This document shows, piece after piece, positions 39,101-50,800 of a stretch of 64,000 bases of DNA. The first letter of the stretch is position 1; every line of letters starts with the position of its first letter. The notes beneath the pieces are model-generated. The model searched no databases and was not told the origin of the DNA. It was given only the letters and a program-made list of their open reading frames with translations. The stretch spans positions 44,206,001-44,270,000 of the forward strand of contig NW_025964223.1 of NCBI RefSeq assembly GCF_023055435.1. The letters are read 5' to 3'. This stretch comes from Haliotis rufescens (Eukaryota). A program made the translations under genes and the position numbers.

Positions 39101-42100
39101 GGTTCGCTCCCCGGCCGCGTCATACCAAAAGACGTTAAAAGATGGTACTTGTTGTTACCCTGTCTGGCGCTCGGCATTAAGGGGCTCAAACAAGGACTGG
39201 TCGGCTCGGAGTCAGTATACTGTGTCTGAGTGGGGTATTCATGTTAAACTGCGGCATGGTATCTCAGTGAGCTAGCACTATAAATCAGCATCAGTCCGGA
39301 CAAGTACAAGCAGCCACACACACACACGTGCATGCACGTCGCTATATAAGTGCAATAGTCTTGGACGCGACGTTAAACCCAATTTCACCTCACCTCACCT
39401 CACAAATAGGGAACAAGGAAGCTTTCATAGGATCGGTTAAAATAAATGAGATGCATGAACCGAAACTTGTTCATGGCATTCTAAATGTATCTATTCAAAA
39501 TCAGAACTAAATGTAATGTCAGCATTATATAACCGATTAGAGTTAAATGTGCCGTTTTAATAAGCATTGATGTGATCAAAAGTCAAATCTCTCTTAAAAA
39601 CTGCTATAAATCTCTAATTGGGAATGGCAATAACCAGATAATTTATTAACAGGGATTAGAGTTCATTGTGCCATTTTAATGTGTATTGACCGAATCAAAA
39701 ATCAAATCTCTCTTCAACATTGCTGTAAATAGTATAGTAACCGAGTATGACAATAACCAGATATTTACCAAAACCTTTTCACCGAACAAAATTAGAACCA
39801 CTCAGAATAAATCTCCCACTGAATCAATACACAACCGAAGTTCAACACCACTACTCCTTGAATCATCAAAGCAGAGGAGACTTGTGAATTAATGTGCTTC
39901 TAAAATGTTTTGTTTATATATATCATGATCACAGTTAGTTTTGTTTTAGCACTATAAAATCGTTAAACCCCATTTCAGCTCACCTCACTTCTTTGAGTAA
40001 AAGACTCCGATATGAAATAATTCATCTCACCTGTGGTTGCAGCTACCCTGAGAGGGAACATCATGAGCGAGGTAACACCTACACGGTATATACACTACAT
40101 CACAGCGGTTTCTGGCGGGTATACATTGAGTAAACGTGTAATGAAACCGTAACTTATGTTACTGGGCACATTGTTAAAGGCGGAAACAAAAATGTTCGTA
40201 GCAATTTCTTGTTTCGAATTGTTCTTTAAACTTCCTTGTATAAACTGCGTCCCCGTTAACGCTGATACAACGTCAAGTAAATGTAAATGAAGTGGTTTCA
40301 GTACATTCGGGATGTATAAATGAATATAATTTAAGTTAACGCAGACTTAATACATATGAACGCCGATTGCCATTCACTTATTTAATTATTATATTTTAAT
40401 AACTGCCATTTAATGCTAGCTTATCGGGTGATTTTTGCATTATATTCCCTTTCAGACTTTGAAATGTTTTGGGTATGCTTGTATTGGTCTTTATAGCTGG
40501 TGGCGGAAATAAGAATTAATATACAATAATTATAATCAAGGGAACACCTTTTCGCGGAATTACGGTATGCTGTACAGGGATCCAGAAGGTTTGCACATAC
40601 AGGCTGTGTTACAACGTGGCCACGTTCATGAATCCTCAATACAACACGATAATGTTTTTTACCATCTTCTAATCATGATAGTCATGTGGTAACATCCTCT
40701 TTCATACGTGGTTTTATAGGAAAGGTGTCAAAACAGTCCTGCAACATCAATAATGATGTCACAGCAAGTGTTGATGAGTTTCTGGCACTTTATAGTCAGG
40801 CATATGCAATTACACGTTTAAAAACGTGTACTTCAAGTGTACTACACGAGAAATAGGTTCCCAAATGAGTGGACCGCCTCCGTGGTCTAGTGGTAGAGCG
40901 TCCGCCCGGAGAGCGGAAGATTCAGGGTTTCGATCCCCAGCCGCGTCATACCAAAAGACGTTTAAAGATGGTACTTACCCTGTCTGGCGCTCGGCATTAA
41001 GGGGCTAAAGCAAGGACTGGTCGGCTCGGACTCAGTATACTGTGTCTGAGTGGGGTATTCGTGTTAAACTGCGGCATGGTATGTCAGTGAGCTAGCACTA
41101 TAAATCGGTACCAGTCCGGACTAGTACAAGCAGCCACACACACACGTACATGCACCTCGCTATATAAGTACAATAATCTTGGACGCGACGTTAAACCCCA
41201 TTTCACCTCACCTCACCACCCATATGAGTGACTGAGTGAGTAAGTAGGGTTTTACGGCGTTCTTAGCAATATTCCAGCAATATTCCAGCAATATCACGGC
41301 GGGGGACACCAGAAACGGGCTTCACACATTGTATTCCCATATGAAGCACGAGTGTCTCCGTGATGGGTTTCAGCAATTTGGAGCAATTGGCAGTAGTGAC
41401 GTTCTACCAGAAAGATTTGTGTTTTGTGTTTGTTTGTTTCTTTGTGTTTTGTTTAGCGCTACACTAATCAATATTCCATTAATATGTGATTGTTGTCTGG
41501 AACAATCAAGAAACCCGTGAACCAACTGACCGACCAGATCCATTTATTCACCTCTTTCGACAAGTACCAGCGACTGCTTATCTCACCAGGAATCCCAACA
41601 GACCAAGGTAGGGTGAACACAGGAAACTACTTTAGAAATAATGATAGATTAATGAAATACACAAATGACCTTCATTACACAACGTTGAAACGATTGACTG
41701 GACCGTTAAAACATGATACACAGACCCTCGGTCAGGAAGACGCTCCAATGTGATAAATCCTGATATGAAAGCTGCTGTGAGAAGATGACAATGAATGCTT
41801 GATGGGCTGTGGCACAAGGTCCTGAATTTGAGGGTTCAGTGGGTAGGATGGATAACATCTTTCAGTGAGTGAGTGAGTATGGTTTTACGGCGCTTTTAGC
41901 AATATTCCAGCAATATCACAGCGGAGACACCAGGAATGGGCTTCACACATTGTACCCATGTGGGAAATCGAACCCGGGCCTTCAGCGTGACGAACGAACG
42001 CTTTGACCACTAGGCTACCCCACCGCCCCCGAAAACATCTTTCAACAACATCCAGATATGTATAAGGTGTCAGCAAGGTGGGTACCAGCAACCTTACTGT

Positions 42101-44353
42101 GCTAGATCCTCACACAGGATGCAATGCATCTAATATAAATGCATAATTATGGAGCTGTTTTTTATGTCTTCAGTTACACTCTTTTCATGCTTAGCCAACG
42201 TCAAAAAACATTCAAACAATATTTGTCTCCACTGACAACATGTAAGCTTGTCGTAAGTGGCGAATACAATGAATGACATTTTCAGATTGGGTTTGGTAGT
42301 CTAAGCGTACTCACTCGCTTACTCTCGCTCCCTCTCGGACACTCCTTTGCTCTTCAATCCGTCACTCATTCTGTCATTTCATCACTCATTCCTCCACTCA
42401 CCCTTCACTAAGGTGGTTAATAGCGTACTCCCTCGCTCCCACTCCCTCCCTCATTCACTTACTCATTACCTCACTCACTCCTTTATCACTCATTGCTCCA
42501 CTCTTCGCACAATCATGCCTTTACTCATCCTTCATTCACTGACACCTTCACTCACTCCTTCACTCACCCCTTCATTCAATTCTTTCCTCCATCACCCCTT
42601 CCTTCACTCACTCCTACACTCCTTCACTCAATCACTCCTTTACTCACCACTTCATTTACTCACTCCTTCACTCTTCCCGTTATTCACGCTTTCACCCAGG
42701 GGCGGTCGGGAAGCCTAGTGGTTAAGGCGTACGGTCGTCACGCCGAAGACCCGGGTTCGATTTCCGACATGGGTACAATGTGTCAAGCCCATTTCTGGTG
42801 TCCCCCGCCGTGATATAGCTGGAATATTGCTAAAAGCGGCGTAAAACCGCACTCACTCACTCACTCACTTCTCACAGTTCTTGTTTAGAAGCTGGAAAGC
42901 TGGATGGAAAGCTGAATAGTGGCAGACTCACTCACTTCTTCACTCACTACTTCACCCACTCCTTCATTCACTCACTCATTCACTTACTCATTCACTCACT
43001 CCTTCACTCAACCCTTCACTCCTTCAGTCACTCACTCCTCAAACCACCCCTTCATGCACTCACTCCTTCAATCAGCCCTTCATTCTTTCACTCAATCACT
43101 CCTTCACTCACCTCCTTCACTCCCTCCTTTTCATACTTCACACACCCTTCACTCCAATCACTCCTTCACTCACCCCCTTCACTCCTTCCTTCTCATACGT
43201 CTTCACACACCCTTCACTCAATCACTCCTTCACTCCCCTCCTTCACTCCCTCCTTCTCATACGTCTTCACACACCCTTCACTCAATCACTCCTTCACTCA
43301 CCTCCTTCACTCCCTCCTTCTCATACGTCTTCACACACCCTTCACTCAATCACTCCTTCACTCCCTCCTTCACTCCTTCCTTCTCATACGTCTTCACACA
43401 CCCTTCACTCAATCACTCCTTCACTCACCTCCTTCACTCCCTCCTTCTCATACGTCTTCACACACCCTTCACTCCAATCACTCCTTCACTCACCTCCTTC
43501 ACTCCTTCCTTCTCATACGTCTTCACACACCCTTCACTCCATCACTCCTTCACTCACCTCCTTCACTCCTTCCTTCTCATACGTCTTCATACACCCTTCA
43601 CTCAATCACTCCTTCACTCATCTCCTGCACTCCCTCCTTCTCATACGTCTTCACACATCCTTCACTCAATCACTCCTTCACTCACCTCCTTCACTCCTTC
43701 CTTCTCATACGTCTTCACACACCCTTCACTCCAATCACTCCTTCACTCACCTCCTTCAGTCCCTCCTTCTCATACGTCTTCACACACCCTTCACTCCAAT
43801 CACTCCTTCACTCACCTCCTTCACTCCTTCCTTCTCATACGTCTTCACACACCCTTCACTCCAATCACTCCTTCACTCACCTCCTTCACTCCTTCCTTCT
43901 TATACGTCTTCACACACCCTTCACTCCAATCACTCCTTCACTCACCTCCTTCACTCCCTCCTTCTCATACGTCTTCACACACCCTTCACTCCAATCACTC
44001 CTTCACTCACCTCCTTCACTTCTTCCTTCTCATACGTCTTCACACACCCTAACTCTAATCACTCCTTCACTCACCTCCTTCACTCCTTCCTTCTTATACT
44101 TTTTCACTCACCCTAACTCCATTCACTCACTTCACTCAATCACTCCTTCACTCACTCCGTCACGCAATCACTCATTCACTCAATCACCCACTCCTTCAGT
44201 AACTTACTCAGAATTGTGTTTGAAAAGACAAACCAGAGCGACCGCCACCTTTAAGTGGAAGGTAGTAAGTTCACATCCGTTAATGTCGTGAGTCAACACT
44301 GGGATAAGATTCCTGTCGTTTATGCTTAATCTTCCTGAATGTTTAGAAGGCAT
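36182..44353 (-). CDS. Single-pass membrane protein with ~370-aa Tyr-rich low-complexity cytoplasmic tail; confident exons 38747-38666 (TM) and 37289-36182; tentative upstream exons 44353-44208, 42911-42876, 40047-40031
   Basis: The 377-aa ORF has an acceptor ttttttcag|A at 37289 (phase 2). The upstream exon GGAAVQGAVAIVAAVCVVVLLMYCMWF-R ends in phase 2 with a GTACGT donor. The tentative exons have canonical sites and compatible phases (2,2,1). Confidence 0.6.
38409..38705. repeat. 73-bp tandem repeat x4 overlapping the 3' half and donor of the TM exon
   Basis: atggat recurs at 38435, 38508, 38581 and 38654. Confidence 0.95.
39048..39403 (+). mobile_element. SINE family B
   Basis: Full length with (CACCT)n tail. 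Confidence 0.9.
39535..39767. repeat. Diverged ~120 bp tandem duplication
   Basis: gattagagtt..tgtgcc.ttttaat..caaatctctctt..caataaccagata occurs twice. Confidence 0.7.
40872..41217 (+). mobile_element. SINE family B
   Basis: Full length; imperfect TSD ccca(a/t)atgagtg. Confidence 0.9.
41865..42030 (-). mobile_element. SINE family C
   Basis: Full length; TSD aacatctttca. Confidence 0.9.
42305..44200. repeat. Pyrimidine-rich (CACT/CCTT) simple repeat grading into a ~55-56 bp minisatellite (~43130-44100)
   Basis: Unit tcactccttcactcacctccttcactcc(c/t)tccttctcatacgtcttcacacacccttcactc(c)aa repeated many times. Confidence 0.95.
42699..42869 (+). mobile_element. SINE family C embedded in CACT-rich repeat
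   Basis: Full-length family match. Confidence 0.9.
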
Positions 44354-44766
44354 AAGTGTTACTCATGCTTGTGACTGTGATCGACAGATTTGGGAATTTA
44401 TACTATTCGCTCGTTTTATATCGAACAAATCAAATGTCTGCATTTCTTGATGTTTCTATTCTACTGCACTCCATGTTAGATGGGTATAACCACGGATATA
44501 GAACAATACATTGACATTCCTATTACCTTGATAACGCTTTTTTTTAAATGTACTTTTTATCATCATTATTTGACTATAAATTATAATCATCTTGCTTAAT
44601 ATTACAATGTACATGTATTTCTTGCCCTTTTGTTTCTCAAGTCGTTCTATAACTGATGTCTGGTACACGGATGTTCCGACACTGACAATGCTTTATGAAA
44701 CCGTTAACTTCCAGACTGGTTCTTATTGTCCAACAATGCCGTCACGATGACTTTCATTCAGGCATT

Positions 44767-45045
44767 GGGGACACGGGTGACCAAGTCGTCTAAGGCGCCG
44801 CGATTCGCTGTGCAGAGTTGCGTCCCTTGGGCACGCCAGAAACCTATGATTGTGGGTTTGAATCCTGGTTCGCCCCGATTATGTTTCTAGGTTTGTCAGC
44901 ACCATATCCGTGCTCGTGGGTTTCACCGAAGTGGTAAACGTCTGAGACCTGAATCACTTCGGTCTTTCCTCCCACATTAAGCTGATACGCTGCGATATAA
45001 CTGGAATACTGTTAAAGGTGGCGTTAAACCCAACTCATTCATTCA
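44767..45045 (+). mobile_element. SINE family A
   Basis: Full length; TSD-like caggcatt. Confidence 0.9.
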
Positions 45046-45112
45046 TGCAGGCATTCTCGTTTCGTGCGTTTATGTTCTTCAATAATAGAATCTTATGTCT
45101 TGAACAAATTGT

Positions 45113-45221
45113 TCCCGACATGGGTACAATGTGTGAAGCCCATTTCTGGTGTCCTCCGCAGTGATATTGCTGGAATATTGCTAAAAGCGGCGTAAAATCA
45201 AACTCACTCACTCACTCACTC
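45113..45221 (+). mobile_element. SINE family C, 5'-truncated
   Basis: Runs from ttcccgacatgggtacaatg to the (CACT)n tail. Confidence 0.85.
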
Positions 45222-45496
45222 CTCTTGGGACGGGCTTACGAATAATGGACCCTGCTGAGGTCAACAAACAACAAACAAACAAACAAATACAATCAATAGA
45301 CACGTAGATGTTGCTTCTTGTTTTAATATTCAAGTCGAATATATCAGCGGTGTTACAATGTCCTCAAGGAAGTCAGTTTCACAGGGAAGGATGCAATACG
45401 ACATGTTTCCTGCTTCGTGGTGTGACCTGGCGAGTCAACACATGGTCCCAGTTACAATGCAGTCGTCCGGCTGTCTGATATGTTTAGGTCATGCCC

Positions 45497-45552
45497 TTCA
45501 TGGGCCTTCAGGACATGGGCCTTCAGGTCATGGTCCTTCAGGTCATGGGCCT
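45497..45552. repeat. 15-bp tandem repeat (catgggccttcaggt) x~4
   Basis: Direct inspection. Confidence 0.85.
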
Positions 45553-45994
45553 GTGGGGTAGCCCAGAGTATGTAAACAAACTAAATCCCAACTCACTCAC
45601 TCTACATATTTTACATTTGTACGTGCATCACTAGCAGTTTTATTGGGTGATATTGTCTTGCTTGATTTATATGTGTGAGTGTCCGATGTTTCCACGCAAA
45701 TGGAAACGACGATCGTTTCAGGATTTTAAAGCTGACGCCGAGAAATGACCTCCTCCTAATTTTCTGTGAAAATAGCTTGTGAGTGTCTGTGTCTGTGAGT
45801 GATGTGTTTGCCTGAATCAACATGTGTTAAGGTATGTTTTGATTTGTGTGTATGATGCATACTTGTTGAACACGTGAGGGGTGGTTGAAAAGCCTAACTC
45901 TGAAGGCCTTGGTTCATGGAATGGTTGCTAGTTATTTTCAATCATAATCCCCTCTGAGGTCCACAGCGATGGTGGTGAGCCTGGAGGATAATGC

Positions 45995-46156
45995 GTGAGT
46001 GAGTATTGTTTTACGCCGCTTTTGGCAATATTCCAGCAATATCACGGCGGAGGACACCAGAAACTGGCTTGACACATTGTGTCCATGTTGGGAATCGAAC
46101 CCGGGTCTTCGGCGTGACGAGCGAACGCTTTAACCACTAGGCTACCCGACCGCCCC
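45995..46156 (-). mobile_element. SINE family C
   Basis: Full length; TSD gaggataatg. Confidence 0.9.
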
Positions 46157-46434
46157 TCTAGAGGATAATGAATACAAAGCCACAGTCATGTATTGTAGCG
46201 ACGGTCTCATGACAGATGGTGAACCTGGAGCGTTTCTGATCAGGAGTCAGAAGCCTTGGAACCCAGCATGCGGAAACCTTTATAATGCTAACTTAATTCC
46301 TCAGAATGTTCCCAACTCTCTCATGAGAGATGACTTCTGTATTGGCTATGCCACGTGTGATGTGTCGTCAATCATCAATAATCAGATCATGTATTTTCTC
46401 AAAGTTTGCATTGGCGATGGTACTTGACGATGTT

Positions 46435-46535
46435 CCACTTGCACAAAGCGATCTTAGCGCTACGACTATCTTAAGTCCATGTTAGAGTATGGGAGTTACG
46501 ATCATCGTAGCGCTAAGATCGCTTTATGCAAGTGG
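46435..46535. mobile_element. ~100 bp hairpin/MITE
   Basis: 31-bp inverted arms ccacttgcacaaagcgatcttagcgctacga / tcgtagcgctaagatcgctttatgcaagtgg, with 1 mismatch. Confidence 0.75.
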
Positions 46536-46677
46536 GCCCTGATCTTGGGTCATCTTCGAGGATAACTCATCTGACACCCGGTGCCCACCTTTTAACAATG
46601 ACAAAGAAACCGTATCCCAAAAACACCATGTCCCAAAGGATGGCATTTAGCCACTTTTGTCCATTCTCATCATCAGA

Positions 46678-47067
46678 GTGAATGAGTGAGTTGGGTTTAA
46701 CGTCGCTTTTAACAGTATTCCAGCTATATCGCGGCGTGTCAGCTTATTGAGGGAGGAAAGTCCGAAGTGATGCGGGTTTCAGGCGTTTACCACTTCGGTG
46801 AAACCCACGAGCACAGGTATGGTGNNNNNNNNNNNNNNNNNNNNNNNNNNNNNNNNNNNNNNNNNNNNNNNNNNNNNNNNNNNNNNNNNNNNNNNNNNNN
46901 NNNNNNNNNNNNNNNNNNNNNNNNNNNNNNNNNNNNNNNNNNNNNNNNNNNNNNATCGGGGCGAACCGGGATTCGAACCCACAATCATAGGTTTCTGGCG
47001 TGCCCAAGGGACGCAACTCTGCACAGCGAATCGCGGCGCCTTAGACGACTAGGCCACCCGTGCCCCC
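46678..47067 (-). mobile_element. SINE family A spanning the assembly gap
   Basis: Both halves flank the N run; TSD ttctcatcatcagag on both sides. Confidence 0.88.
46825..46954. other. Assembly gap (130 N)
   Basis: Run of N. Confidence 1.
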
Positions 47068-47838
47068 TTCTCATCATCAGAGAATACCTCTGATGCCTGC
47101 CTGTGTATTGGGACACAATGCAGCCAGGAAGCATGTAAACTATTGTACTTTGAGGTAAACTTTGAGGGTGTATCATACATCCTTCGTATTTAGGTTCAGA
47201 ACATTTGAGCCATCATTCGTCGTATTTAAGCACTTAAACATGGGATGATTGATGTGCGTGTTGGGGCAACTGTACGTGAACCAATTTCAGTCAGTATTCA
47301 GTCTTTAATTTTCTGGCCGGACGCCTGACGTGAAACAACTGTTTCGGTTTACATGCTCACGGATAGTGCAATGAAATAGATATCTGAAGACGACGTCAGC
47401 ATCTAGAATATTACTGATAGAAGGAAATGAAACACTTGTGACAACATAATCTAGAGGAAGGAAAACGTGCTATTCTGACAAGGCTGTTCATAATTGTATC
47501 CATCCATATATTTTCGAAACGTACATGTTATAATGGGTACGTTCATATAGTCGATCGGTCGTGAAAATTAAGCATGTCACTCTTAAGTCGAAGGTGATAT
47601 ATTTATTAAAGCAGTATACAATATCTGAAACTTACTTGCTTAAATGTATATAACCATCATTGAAACGCATAATCAGCATTTATCGAATCGCCTTATATTG
47701 ATCTAGCCCATCAGCCGTATAGCCACACACGCTCTAGATGTATTGTATTAGCACTAAAGATGACACACCTGTGCAATTGGCAGGAGTTTGTTTCTGAAAA
47801 GAACTAGAACCTTAAAACTGATCTTCCATCTTGTTATA

Positions 47839-50800
47839 CTAGTTCAGTTTCACATGTTTCTCTGTTACATCATAGTCGTTGCTGACTTTTTCAGTGGGTG
47901 TCGCTTGTTTCAGATGATCATAGGCATTTTCATCTTGAATGTCACCCGCTACCTGCAAGGATTTCTCTGCTGAGGCTGTAGTGTCATAATTTCCAGCTGG
48001 GGGACTCCTAGATAATCCATCCCGCATATGGTTGTAGTCATCTTCTTTGTTTGATCCTTCATTGCTTCTGAAGGGATGTTCCCCAGATTCGAGAATGAAA
48101 TATGCATTCGAATTTATCACATCATTGGCAGTTACATAATCATAATTACTCGCAAGATGTTGCCGCAAGTCGTCAATTTCATCATAGTTGCCCTGTTGAG
48201 CACTGTCCGCTGGCGGGTATGATGTGTTTGCTTGTCCATCTGGGGTTGTCTTCCTTGGGGTTCTTCGGATAGGCTTTTTATCATTTCTAAAGACATATGA
48301 AACAACGCATACATTAAAAAATATCAAAAGAAATGCTTAAACCTGTTAACGTACAATGTGCATTTGAATGTAGATTTCATTTTTGAACACCGTCGTCATG
48401 CCATGTACTAAATTTATAATCGGTGAACATAATTGAAGACCATCATGATCCACTTAAGCTGTGCCTATATTGTAATCACATGACTCTTGTTTGAACAGGG
48501 TTACATTCAAAGCCATTATAAAGCTTTAAAGAAGCGTTATGTTAGACATCAAGTGGACGTTTACAAATTTGACTCATCAGTGATCATGATGATGTCCGAT
48601 GCAATTCCCTATGTTGACTTGTAGCATATGTTCGTATTTCTTTTGCTGGAGACATTCGACATCGGATACTCACCGTTTCGCGAAACATTAATAGTGATTC
48701 CTTGCTTTCTAGTCGGAATCGTACAAGGGACTCTTTCAGCAGAGATTTCTTATGATTATTGAAATGGTTGTGTCTCTTCTATTTACCTGTTTCTCCAAAA
48801 CCATATAAATATGACAACTGCTGCTACACATAGAAGTATGCCCACAACAGCTCCTGAAATAACACTGGTTGTGTCGGGGTTGGAGTTGGGGTCTGTAATT
48901 AGAACAAAAATCATTATTACTCAGAATAATATCAGACTGTCTTTACTATTAAAACATTTAAACTACTTGTAAATACTAGTGCCTGCCTATATGTTTTTCT
49001 TTTTGTGCAAGGCAGGGACTATATATATGTATATATGTATACACCTTCCATGTCTGTTGTATCGTACTCTAGATTTGTGTTATCAGTTTTGTGATCCGGC
49101 CTTTGTGTGGCGAGTGAATGTTTTAGCCGCTGTAAGCAATGTTCCAGTCGGTAAATAACATGGCAAACATGGGATTAAAACCATGAGCAGCAATCCACGC
49201 CATAGGGGCACAATGACACGCAAACAGACTGATTACAAAGACTGATCCCCTCAATCCAATTTATCGCCCCTTACAACAAGCAACACAACTTTGGGGATAT
49301 ATCCTAATCGAGGAATCCGAGAAAGTGTATAAGAACGCGACAGTATTCTATCTTGACAAATAGTGGATAGTATTTGCTTGTTGTTTATCACCACACTAGG
49401 CACTATTCCAGCTATATGACGGCGTAAAGCTTTAAAGGATGTTATGTAAATAACATGGAAAACAGGTGATTGAAACCATGAGCAACAATATTAATCCACA
49501 CCAAAGGGGCATGATGACACGCAAACAACCTGGTCACAAAGTCTGTTCCCTAAATCCAATTTATTTAAAACAAGTAGACTGTAACGTGACTGCTGTGTGT
49601 GGTGTATATTCATCTGTATACTAACTTTTTACATATAGTTATCAATATGTTACTTTTAAATGTGCTAGTATAAGTGTAATTACCTGGCGTGTTTGGACGC
49701 ACAGTACCTCTCCCCTCCGTCACCCTGGTGGTACATGTAATTGTGGACACAATGAGGGCGTTAACTAACAAGGGCCATTGTACCTGGGGAACATACGTTC
49801 AGTTGACATGCTTCAACTGAAATACTGCTCAAAGGGTTTTACTCACTAATTCACTGAGGTAAGTTGTTGTAATATCGAGATACATGTATTTGATACCATC
49901 ATATATATTTCGTATGTTATATCAATATGTAATATTTCGTTGCTATCAAAAGACAAGGGCTGCTTAAATGTTAATATAGCAATCATTTGGGTGAAGCTAT
50001 GATGTGATGGATTAACAGGGGCTAGAACAACGACCCGAGTGAGAGGGCATGCCATGCAAATCCAAGTGTGATTTCATGATATTGATAGAACCAGTCACTC
50101 TAAAACATCAGACTATATGACTAAAACGTACACACCGACAAACATTATGACTCGTCATGCTTCAAAAGAAGGCAAACCGTACTCACGAGGTCTTCTTGTC
50201 AAACCTTTCATATTACAGCTGATAAAGAAAGTGCTGATAGCTGAAATATACATGCACTACTTTAAATAACAGTACAGAATCGGCTATACTCACTATTTGA
50301 CTGTCCTGGTCTTAGTTTATTCACATTGCATTTGCATTTCGTTACGAGACAGCATATGATGAGAAACAGAATCATATTCATTTGGATCTTGTGCTCTTCA
50401 AAAATTGTTTGCGCATACGTTGCAATAAAATGGTTGTTCCAGGTGAAGATATTCATGCAGAAGAATGTTTACCGTAAGGATAGCATGACTTTAGCGGATA
50501 CTTACACTTGATTCGAAGCCAGACAATTGTATGCGTTCCTTGTTGGACGTCGAGTGTTATAAATACACATGCTTGTTTTTTTTGGAGCTGTACACCATCA
50601 CATGCATGTTTTATCTGGAGCTGTCTGTAGTGCTGTATCTCGACGCAGTCATACGTGCGTGCTACAATGGTCAGGCGGGAACAATTTTGACTTTCATCCA
50701 CGGGACCAAGACGTATATCAAGAGCGGTAATGTTTACAGGCATTAGTGACTGAATCATACATGTGTATTTATAATCTTTCATCTTAGCTAGATGAGTTGA

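Noticed and set aside
42919-44052. 377-aa His/Ser/Pro/Thr-rich ORF
   Set aside because: Translation of a G-poor minisatellite that rarely forms stop codons; it starts at GTG and cycles through the repeat frames.
46744-47176. ORFs containing X runs
   Set aside because: Artefacts of the N gap within a SINE.
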